NCBI GenBank assembly: GCA_044377735.1
Contig: JBILYK010000008.1
Coordinates: 828 to 64,827, forward strand
Reading direction: 5' to 3'
Source of the DNA: Paracoccaceae bacterium
GTDB taxonomy: Bacteria; Pseudomonadota; Alphaproteobacteria; Rhodobacterales; Rhodobacteraceae
DNA length: 64,000 nucleotides
Shown: positions 35,897-43,765 of the stretch, in pieces
Layout of the letters: each line of letters starts with the position of its first letter
Position numbering within the stretch: the stretch's first letter is position 1
The notes under the pieces: model-generated
Told to the model about the DNA's origin: nothing
The model's input: only the letters and a program-made list of their open reading frames with translations
The model's database searches: none
Made by a program: the position numbers and the translations under genes

Positions 35897-37969
35897 TCAG
35901 TTCAGGTCCTTCAACAGCCGCCCATGTTTGCGCACCTCGGCCAGAACATCGCCAAAAAGGGCAAGGCCCCTGCCTTGGAGCATCGGCATCAGCTTCAGGA
36001 AGGCATCCGCTGTGGCCACAGTGTCGCCAATGGCGGTGTGGCGGTCGGCCTCGGGAATGGTGATGCCCAAACGATGCGTCAGCGCATCAAGGCTGTGGGT
36101 TTCGTGCTGGCCATAGATCACCGCCGACAAAAGCACCGTGTCCAACACCGGATGGTCAAAGGCCAGCCCCAAAGCGGCCTCACGCCGACGCAGGAACTGC
36201 ATGTCAAACGGCGCGTTATGGGCGATCAGTACCGCGCCTTCGGCAAATTTGTGGAACCGGCGCAAGGCATCGTCCACTTCGGGGGCATCAGCCACCATCG
36301 CTTCGGTGATGCCATGCACTTCGGTCGACGACAGCGGGATCGACCGGCGTGGATTGACCAGCGTGTCAAACACCTCGCCCTCCACGCGGCGGCCATTGAT
36401 GATGCGCACGGCGGCGATCTGCACGATCTCATCGCCCTGCTGCGGCAATAGCCCGGTGGTTTCGGTGTCAAAGGCCACATAGGTCAGGTTTTGCAGGGCC
36501 GTCTCGGCCACCTTGTCGGTGCGGGCACGCGACAAAAGGTCAAAGTCATAAACCACGGTGCGGATGACCGGCTTGGGCCGCGCCGTCGCGCGGCGCGCCT
36601 GCCGGATGGGCAGGCACAAAGACTGCCGCCCGCCCGCCACAGGCTCGGGCCAAAGCTCGGTCGCATGGCTCGCCAGCACAGACCGGCAGGCAATCTCGGA
36701 CACCATCGGGTCCAGCGGTTCGTCCAGCCAAACGTCCAGCGCGCCGATGCTGACCGGACCCCCGGTCCAACTCAGGCGGATCATCGCGCCGCTGTCCTCT
36801 TCGTCGATGCTCAGCGCCAAGGCATTGGCCTGAAGGTCATCTCGCAGATGCAGCGCGAGACCATCCAACAGCGAGATGATCTCGAACCCATTAGCGCGCA
36901 GCAGAATGTCGGCGGCCTTGGACGTCAGGGCCACGCCCTCGGCCTCCAGCCGCGCCTTCAGCCCATCAGCCAAATCCGAGGCGCGGGCCTGCGTCAGCCC
37001 GCCGCCCTCTATCCGGCCCTCGTCATGCCGCCGGGCAAGCTCGGTGACCGCCCGCGACAGCGCCGCCACCTCTTGGCGCAGCGCGCTGTCCATCGCGGCG
37101 GGCAGCGCCTCGCCGGCTGGGACAACTTCCATCAAGGTGGACAGGTTCGCCGCCGGACGGCGCAGACGGTCAAACACCTCGGCCAACAAAGCCTCGCGCC
37201 GGGCATGGGCGGTCAGATCGGCCGTCACATCGCGCAGTGTCAGCACATAGCCGGGGGCCGAGCCCTGCCCGCCCGGCGTCAGACGCATCCGCGCCGCCAA
37301 AACCCGCGCGCCGGTGGCGGTGGTACACAAAAGATCCGTCGCCGCATCCGCATCGCCCGTGGCAATCAACCGGTCATGGGCATGGCGAATGGGGCCTTCG
37401 CGCAGATAATCAAACAACCGTCGGTCCAGACCGGGGGATACCCCCGCCGCCATCAGATCAACGGCCGGTGTGTTGTAAAACGCCAGCGTATGATCGCCAG
37501 ACACCAGCAAGACCCCGACCGGCACATCCGAAAGCAGCGTCTCCAGCCGGGATTTCTCTTGCGACAACCGCTGCGTCTCGCGCATCACCGATTCCGCCAG
37601 CGCCGAACGGGTTTCGGTCAACCGCCGCGCAGCGGCTGTCGCGGCCGGGGCCAGATCGCCCAGATGGCGCGCAATCGCCACATCCATCTCGGATGTCACA
37701 TCCGAATGCGCCCGCGCGCGCAACGCGCCGGACAAGATATCAATCGGCTTGGCGACATGGGTGTCGAACAAGAACCAGACCCACGCCACCAACAGCAGCG
37801 CGACAAACCCCGCCACCACCCCAGCCTGCACAAAGCCGGGCAGCACCTCGGGCGTGCCAAGACGTTGGTAGCCCAGCGCCAGTCCCATGCCCATGGCCAC
37901 CACCACGCCCAGCCCAAGGGCGGCAAAGAACAGAAAAACCCTGACGCGCAGCGAAAGGCGGACGAGCAT
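35897..37969 (-). CDS. Membrane sensor protein: 2 TM + HAMP-like + PAS-like + degenerate HisKA/HATPase-like region + DnaQ-type 3'-5' exonuclease
   Basis: 690 aa. The exonuclease motifs are YVAFDTETTGL (Exo I), LIAHNAPFDMQFL (Exo II) and HTAIGDTVATADAF (Exo III, DEDDh). N-terminal hydrophobic helices are followed by PIDILSGALRA. See the findings for the pseudo-kinase reading. Confidence 0.8.
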   Translation of the reverse strand: MLVRLSLRVRVFLFFAALGLGVVVAMGMGLALGYQRLGTPEVLPGFVQAGVVAGFVALLLVAWVWFLFDTHVAKPIDILSGALRARAHSDVTSEMDVAIARHLGDLAPAATAAARRLTETRSALAESVMRETQRLSQEKSRLETLLSDVPVGVLLVSGDHTLAFYNTPAVDLMAAGVSPGLDRRLFDYLREGPIRHAHDRLIATGDADAATDLLCTTATGARVLAARMRLTPGGQGSAPGYVLTLRDVTADLTAHARREALLAEVFDRLRRPAANLSTLMEVVPAGEALPAAMDSALRQEVAALSRAVTELARRHDEGRIEGGGLTQARASDLADGLKARLEAEGVALTSKAADILLRANGFEIISLLDGLALHLRDDLQANALALSIDEEDSGAMIRLSWTGGPVSIGALDVWLDEPLDPMVSEIACRSVLASHATELWPEPVAGGRQSLCLPIRQARRATARPKPVIRTVVYDFDLLSRARTDKVAETALQNLTYVAFDTETTGLLPQQGDEIVQIAAVRIINGRRVEGEVFDTLVNPRRSIPLSSTEVHGITEAMVADAPEVDDALRRFHKFAEGAVLIAHNAPFDMQFLRRREAALGLAFDHPVLDTVLLSAVIYGQHETHSLDALTHRLGITIPEADRHTAIGDTVATADAFLKLMPMLQGRGLALFGDVLAEVRKHGRLLKDLN

Positions 37970-37970
37970 C

Positions 37971-38360
37971 TTAAGCCCCCGCGTCCAGAAGCCTGCGCAC
38001 TTCCTCCCGCAACTCTTTCAACTCGAACGGCTTGGTGATGAACCCATCGGCGCCAAGCGCCAGACCTTTGCGCCGCTCAATCGCCGACCCGCGCGCGGTC
38101 ATCATCAGGATCTTCACATCGGCAAGATTGGGATCCAGCCGCACACCTTGACAGATCTCATAACCCGAAGCGCCGGGCAGCATCACATCCAAAAGCACCA
38201 GATCAGGATGCGTGGCGCGAATACGCGGCAGCGCCTCGGCCCCATCGGCGACGCGCGAATGGTCATAGCCTTCGCGGGTCATCAGAAAGTCCAACGCCAA
38301 GGCGATGTTGTCCTCGTCTTCCACAACAAGGACACTGTGTCTGCGTTTGGTATCGGCCAT
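37971..38360 (-). CDS. Stand-alone response-regulator receiver domain
   Basis: 129 aa: VLVVEDEDNIA...PDLVLLDVMLPGASG...ILMMTARG...GADGFITKPF. The stop lies 1 nt before the sensor-exonuclease ATG. Confidence 0.9.
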   Translation of the reverse strand: MADTKRRHSVLVVEDEDNIALALDFLMTREGYDHSRVADGAEALPRIRATHPDLVLLDVMLPGASGYEICQGVRLDPNLADVKILMMTARGSAIERRKGLALGADGFITKPFELKELREEVRRLLDAGA

Positions 38361-38375
38361 CTCAGCCCTCCCGGT

Positions 38376-38894
38376 CTAGCCCCTGAGGCAAGCCGCCTCG
38401 TGCAATTCATCCCCAGCCACTGCGGTGACCCAAGCCCCCCCGGTCACAACACCCGCCTCATCAATCTTCATCCCGTCGACAATTGGTGTCTGGCGGTTCT
38501 CGGCACAGTCAAACACGATCAACGCGCTTTGCGGGTTCTTCCAGCGCGCAAAGCCAAAAACGGGCGCGGTCACCAATGTGTCCACCTGCGGATGGCGGGC
38601 CAGCTTGTTGGTATCCAGCGCCGAAAAGCTGGTTGTGATTGGCACCAGATAGGTCCAGGGCCGCAAAGGGGTGCTGGCAGCCTCGGCATTGGCCACCACA
38701 AAACCGGGCGGCAAAGCGGCGCTGACGCGGTTGAACCAGTCATATTCCAGCCAGACCGTTGCGCCAATCAGGCCCACCCCGGCGCTGACCGAGATCAGCC
38801 ATTTTGGCGCAGACGGCACCCAACGCCGAAACGCCCAAGCCATCAGGCCAAAGACCGCAGCGACAAGCAAGGATCCGATCAGTTCAAGTGCCAT
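38376..38894 (-). CDS. Hypothetical membrane protein (2 TM + ~110-aa extracytoplasmic domain)
   Basis: 172 aa. MALELIGSLLVAAVFGLMAWAF...WLISVSAGVGLIGATVWL is followed by a soluble domain containing two Cys. It is packed with 15-nt gaps between the DUF294 and receiver genes. I recognise no family. Confidence 0.6.
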   Translation of the reverse strand: MALELIGSLLVAAVFGLMAWAFRRWVPSAPKWLISVSAGVGLIGATVWLEYDWFNRVSAALPPGFVVANAEAASTPLRPWTYLVPITTSFSALDTNKLARHPQVDTLVTAPVFGFARWKNPQSALIVFDCAENRQTPIVDGMKIDEAGVVTGGAWVTAVAGDELHEAACLRG

Positions 38895-38909
38895 GGTTTT
38901 CGTCAGTCC

Positions 38910-40733
38910 TTAACATCTTGCGCCACGGGTGGACCCGATGGCGGATTGCATGGTGCGCACGACGACAAAGGCGTCGCGCAGGTGGCTGCGTTCGAAATCC
39001 GACAGATCCGAAGGCGCAATGAAATTGTCCGGCTTGTGCCCCGCCTTGACCCGGCGCAACTGATGCTGCAGCCGGGTTTCGGCGATCAGATCATAAGCCT
39101 CCAGCAAGTCGCGCGCGCCCGAGGCTGAAATCACCCCCGCCTCGGCCGCCGCCTCCAGCCGCGCGCGGGTGTTCACCGCCGGCAACTGGCCGATCAGCGC
39201 ATACACCCGCCCCAGATCGGTCACCGGCACCACGCCATTGTGCTTGAGATCAATGGTGTTCTTGTGCTCACCCGACCGGATGGTGGCAAAGCTGCGCAAC
39301 AGCCCCAAAGGCGGGGTGTGTTTCAGACTGTTGCCAATCATATGCGCCACGAAGATCGAGTTTTTCGCCGCCATCTCCAGCGTGTCAGCCTGCAGATCGG
39401 TGAAGAGGCTGGCCTTGCCGCCGATCGGGCGCAGGTCGAACATCACGCTCGCCAACATCTGCGCCATCGGATCGGGCGTGGTGATCCATTTGCCAAAATA
39501 CCCCCGCCAGACCGACTGGCGTTGGCACCAGTGCGGATTGGTCGCCATCATGTCGCCGGGGCAATAGAAATAGCCACACGCGTCCAGCCCATCGGAAACC
39601 CGCCGCGCGAGTTCGGCGAAATAGGCCATATCGGCATCCTTGGCGGCATCGTCGATGATCAGGCAATTGTCCTGATCCGACACGCCCGTCTGTTCCTGCC
39701 GCCCTTGGCTGCCACAGGCGGCCCAAAGATAGGGCACCGGTGCCGGGCCAAGCTCTGCTTCGGCAAAGGCCAACAGCCGCCGGGTGACGGTGTCGGCCAC
39801 ATCGGTGATCAGCCGCGTCACCACCTCATGCGCATGATTGCCCCCGACCAGTTGCACCAAAAGGCGCGGGATGCGGGCGGTGGCCGCCACCAACTCTTCA
39901 ACCGTCTGGGCCGTGGCCGCATCGCGCACCAACAGCGCCGAGGACACCGCCTGAAACCGGGTCAGGTCGGTCTGGGTGATCATCCCCACCAACTTGCCCG
40001 CTTCCACCACCGGCAAATGGCCGATGCGGTGCTCGATCATGATGTGCAAAATGTCCGACCCCAGACTGTCGGGCGTCAGCACCAAAGGATCATGCGCCAT
40101 GACGGCGCTGACCGGGCTTGCCGGATCAATCCCTTCGGCCAACACCTTGTTGGTGAAATCACGGGCCGTGACAATGCCCTGCAACTGCCCATCGGTGGCA
40201 ACGGCTAGGCAAGAGATATGGGCGTCACGCATGATCTGGGCAGCGGCGCGAATGGTGGTCTGCGGCGTCACCGCCACGGGCGGGCGCGAAATCAGATCAC
40301 CCACCTTGCGGGTTGAAATATCGGCTTCGCGGGATTCTTGGCTGCGGCCACGGTGAAAGAACCGCTCAAAGGCCGGGTAGCTGGCGATCAGGCGGCGGAA
40401 CTCCACCCCCGGCAGCATCAAGACGGTGCTGGCATCGGTGGTGCGCGCGGTGGTCACCGCGACCCCGTCCCGCATCAACCCGCGTTCGCCCAAGGAATTG
40501 CGCGGCCCAAGGATCGAGACGAGAACCCCCGAAGGGTCCATCACCTCGACCGCGCCTCGCATCACAAGGAACAAACCTTCCATCGGATCGCCTGCGGTGT
40601 AGATCACCTGATCGGCGGCCAAATTTCTGCGGCGGAAGGAAGTGGCGACTCGCGCCAACTCGTCCTGCGGCAGACTGTCGTAGGGGTGGACCGTTTCCAG
40701 AAATCCGATGATGGAGGAGACGTCGTCGCTCAT
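38910..40733 (-). CDS. cNMP-binding + CBS-pair + DUF294 nucleotidyltransferase protein
   Basis: Trimmed to MSDDVSSIIGFLE. It has a cNMP-binding domain (IYTAGDPMEGLFLVMRGAVEV), two CBS motifs, the pol-beta NTase motif ACGSQGRQEQTGVSDQDN and a DUF294_C-like tail. Confidence 0.85.
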   Translation of the reverse strand: MSDDVSSIIGFLETVHPYDSLPQDELARVATSFRRRNLAADQVIYTAGDPMEGLFLVMRGAVEVMDPSGVLVSILGPRNSLGERGLMRDGVAVTTARTTDASTVLMLPGVEFRRLIASYPAFERFFHRGRSQESREADISTRKVGDLISRPPVAVTPQTTIRAAAQIMRDAHISCLAVATDGQLQGIVTARDFTNKVLAEGIDPASPVSAVMAHDPLVLTPDSLGSDILHIMIEHRIGHLPVVEAGKLVGMITQTDLTRFQAVSSALLVRDAATAQTVEELVAATARIPRLLVQLVGGNHAHEVVTRLITDVADTVTRRLLAFAEAELGPAPVPYLWAACGSQGRQEQTGVSDQDNCLIIDDAAKDADMAYFAELARRVSDGLDACGYFYCPGDMMATNPHWCQRQSVWRGYFGKWITTPDPMAQMLASVMFDLRPIGGKASLFTDLQADTLEMAAKNSIFVAHMIGNSLKHTPPLGLLRSFATIRSGEHKNTIDLKHNGVVPVTDLGRVYALIGQLPAVNTRARLEAAAEAGVISASGARDLLEAYDLIAETRLQHQLRRVKAGHKPDNFIAPSDLSDFERSHLRDAFVVVRTMQSAIGSTRGARC

Positions 40734-40791
40734 CGTTGGGGTCCTTGCGGGGGTGCGCCCCCGGGGAGAAGTCCCCGGAGGCGCGAGAGGC

Positions 40792-42744
40792 TTAGTGCGA
40801 CTGAGCCTTGCCAGCGCCCGCAGGCACACGGATCGACTGGATCAGATCCTGCACGTCCTTCGGCGGAGCTTTGGTCATCATCGACACGATATAGGCCGTG
40901 GCGACGTTCAAAAGCGCACCGATCGGACCGAATGCCGCCGGAGAGATGCCGAACCAGTGGGCATCAGGCGTGTTCGGAAGCCAGTTGGTGCCTGGTACGA
41001 AGAACCAGCCCAGGTACATGAAGATGTAGACCGAGGTCGCAACCAGACCGACGATCATCCCTGCAATCGCCCCTTCTTTGGTGACGAAGGTCGAGAAGAT
41101 CCCCATCATCAGAACCGGGAAGATCGTCGCAGCAGCCAGACCAAAGGCCAAGGCCACCACCTGCGCGGCAAAGCCGGGCGGGTTCAGACCAAGCCAGGTC
41201 GCGAGCACAATGGCGAAAGCCATCGAGATACGCGCGGCCAGAAGTTCGCCCTTTTCGCTGATGTTCGGGTTTAAGGCACCCTTGATCAGGTCATGGCTGA
41301 TGGCGGAAGAGATCGCCAACAGAAGGCCCGCAGCGGTCGACAGCGCGGCGGCAAGACCACCGGCGGCGACAAGTGCGATAACCCAGCCGGGCAGAGCAGC
41401 GATTTCAGGGTTCGCAAGAACCATGATGTCGTTGTTCACGGTGGTCAGTTCGTTGCCGACAATGCCCTGTTCAGCCAGGGTTTTGCCGCCAATGCCGTTG
41501 GCCGGATCGGCCAAAGCGGCGTCAACTGCAGCCTGAGCCTCGACAATCGCGGCTTCCAGCGGTGCCTTGTCGGCATCGGCGGCAGCATCGGCCAAGGCCT
41601 TGTTCGCAGCACCCAGCGCCTTGTTGGCGTCAGCCACCGGCTTCTTCTCGTTGAAGTACTGGATCATGCCGTCGCCGTTCTTGTCGGCGAATGACAGAAG
41701 ACCCGTCTTTTCCCAGTTCCGGATCCAAGCGAGATCCGGGTTGCTGTCGATCTCGGCGATCGAAAGCGCGGGCTTCGAGAAGGTTTCGCCATCAATGGCG
41801 CCCGGCCAGAAGGTGGTGGTGATGTTCAGACGCGCCATCGAACCCACAGCCGGAGCCACGGTGTACAGCAGTGCGATGAACACCAGTGCCCAGCCAGCCG
41901 ACGAACGCGCGTCAGCCACTTTCGGCACGGTGAAGAAGCGGATGATGACGTGCGGCAGACCTGCCGTACCAATCATCAGCGACATGGTGATGAGGAACAT
42001 GTTGAGCATGTTCGTCGTGTCAGCGGTGTAGGCGGCAAAGCCCAGATCCGTCACCACTTGGTCAAGCTTGTCCAAGAAGTAAACGTCGCCACCGGTCGGC
42101 GCATATGACCCGATGAAGCCCAACTGTGGCAGGAAATGCCCCGTCAGGTTCAGCGAGATAAAGATCGCCGGGATGGTGTAGGCGATGATCAGCACGATGT
42201 ACTGCGCCACCTGGGTATAGGTGATGCCCTTCATGCCGCCGAACACGGCATAAGCGAACACGACGGCCGAACCGATCAACAGACCGGTCGTGGTCGACAC
42301 TTCCAAGAAGCGTGCAAAGGTCACGCCCACGCCCACCATCTGCCCGATCACATAGGTGATCGAGATGACAAGAAGGCAAACCACAGCCACCATACGGGCC
42401 GAGGTCGAGTAGAAGCGGTCGCCCACGAATTCCGGCACGGTGAACTTGCCGAATTTGCGCAGATAGGGGGCAAGCAGCAGTGCAAGCAGCACATAGCCGC
42501 CGGTCCAGCCCATCAGGAAGACCGAGTTGTTATAGCCCCCGAAGGCGATCAGACCTGCCATCGAGATAAAGGACGCTGCCGACATCCAGTCAGCCGCAGT
42601 CGCCATGCCGTTGACCACCGGGCCAACGCCCTGGCCTGCAGCATAGAATTCAGCCGTCGAACTGGCGCGAGCCCAGAACGCGATACCGAAGTAAAGCGCG
42701 AAGGACGCACCGATGACGAGAAGGTTGAGTGTAAACTGATCCAT
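40792..42744 (-). CDS. Sodium:solute symporter, VC_2705/ActP-like large subunit (acetate permease type)
   Basis: 650 aa from the SSS family (FYAAGQGVGPVVNGMATAADWMSAASFI...). It sits immediately downstream of a DUF4212 small-subunit gene and carries a hydrophilic insert of about 145 aa. Confidence 0.9.
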   Translation of the reverse strand: MDQFTLNLLVIGASFALYFGIAFWARASSTAEFYAAGQGVGPVVNGMATAADWMSAASFISMAGLIAFGGYNNSVFLMGWTGGYVLLALLLAPYLRKFGKFTVPEFVGDRFYSTSARMVAVVCLLVISITYVIGQMVGVGVTFARFLEVSTTTGLLIGSAVVFAYAVFGGMKGITYTQVAQYIVLIIAYTIPAIFISLNLTGHFLPQLGFIGSYAPTGGDVYFLDKLDQVVTDLGFAAYTADTTNMLNMFLITMSLMIGTAGLPHVIIRFFTVPKVADARSSAGWALVFIALLYTVAPAVGSMARLNITTTFWPGAIDGETFSKPALSIAEIDSNPDLAWIRNWEKTGLLSFADKNGDGMIQYFNEKKPVADANKALGAANKALADAAADADKAPLEAAIVEAQAAVDAALADPANGIGGKTLAEQGIVGNELTTVNNDIMVLANPEIAALPGWVIALVAAGGLAAALSTAAGLLLAISSAISHDLIKGALNPNISEKGELLAARISMAFAIVLATWLGLNPPGFAAQVVALAFGLAAATIFPVLMMGIFSTFVTKEGAIAGMIVGLVATSVYIFMYLGWFFVPGTNWLPNTPDAHWFGISPAAFGPIGALLNVATAYIVSMMTKAPPKDVQDLIQSIRVPAGAGKAQSH

Positions 42745-42759
42745 CAGTCCCGGTTCCCT

Positions 42760-43017
42760 TTATTCTTCCACGCCATGGGCGCGGTCGATCCCGTTCATCA
42801 CCTTCGCGTAGACGAAGATGAGGATCAGGAACACATAGATCGATCCGTTCTGAGCGAACCAGAACCCGATATCGGCGCCGCCGACGTGGATTCCGGACAG
42901 CGCAGGACGAAGCAGGATGCCCAGCCCGAACGAGCAAGCGAACCAGATCACCATCGAAATAGCGATGACCCGAATATTCGCTGCCCAGTAAGCGCCGGCA
43001 GATGACTTGTCCGCCAT
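42760..43017 (-). CDS. DUF4212 small subunit of solute:sodium symporter
   Basis: Trimmed to an 85-aa protein, MADKSSAGAYWAANIRVIAISMVIWFACSFGLGILL...WFAQNGSIYVFLILIFVYA. It has two TM helices and the typical position before the large subunit. Confidence 0.85.
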   Translation of the reverse strand: MADKSSAGAYWAANIRVIAISMVIWFACSFGLGILLRPALSGIHVGGADIGFWFAQNGSIYVFLILIFVYAKVMNGIDRAHGVEE

Positions 43018-43087
43018 GAGTGTCTCTCCCTGGTTGGTTTCTAAGCTGCACTGCAGCCCCGGGGGATCCGGGGCAACAGGCCTTTTC

Positions 43088-43759
43088 TCAAGCCGCCACT
43101 TGCCCGACGACGGACCCAAGCGCCGTGCGGATTTCTGCGATGGGACCCATCGCGTCAATCTTGTGCAAAACACCTTTGCCCGCGTAATAGGCAATCAGCG
43201 GCGCCGTCTGGGCGTGATAGGCTTTCAGCCGCTCGCGCACAGTTTCGGCATTGTCGTCGGCCCGACGCTTCATGTCGGTGCCGCCGCATTTGTCACAAAC
43301 CCCCGCTTTCGCGGGCAGTTTGAATTGGTCATGATAGCCTTCACCGCATGTGGCGCAGGTGTAGCGGCCCGAGATGCGGCCCACCATGGCCTCGTCATCG
43401 ACCTCAAGGCTGATCACGGCAGTGACGCGCTGGCCATTGTCGGCCAACAGCCCGTCAAGCGACGCGGCCTGCCCATCGGTGCGCGGAAAGCCATCCAGGA
43501 TGATGCCTTTGGCCACATCGGGCTGGGCCATACGGTCTTTCAGAATGGCCAGCACGATGTCATCGCTGACAAGCTGACCCGCCTCCATCACCGCCTTCGC
43601 CCGCTTGCCCGCGTCCGAGCCCGCGGCCACAGCGGCGCGCAGCATGTCGCCGGTCGACAACTGCACCAGACCGAAATCCTCTTCCAGCATGCGCGCTTGC
43701 GTGCCTTTGCCGGCCCCCGGGGGGCCAAGCAAGATCAGAACCGTGGAATTGCTCGCCAT
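43088..43759 (-). CDS. adk: Adenylate kinase (Cys4 zinc-lid form)
   Basis: GPPGAGKGTQ, and lid CATCGEGYH...CDKCGG. The ATG lies 6 nt after the acs stop. Confidence 0.93.
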   Translation of the reverse strand: MASNSTVLILLGPPGAGKGTQARMLEEDFGLVQLSTGDMLRAAVAAGSDAGKRAKAVMEAGQLVSDDIVLAILKDRMAQPDVAKGIILDGFPRTDGQAASLDGLLADNGQRVTAVISLEVDDEAMVGRISGRYTCATCGEGYHDQFKLPAKAGVCDKCGGTDMKRRADDNAETVRERLKAYHAQTAPLIAYYAGKGVLHKIDAMGPIAEIRTALGSVVGQVAA

Positions 43760-43765
43760 GGGCCC

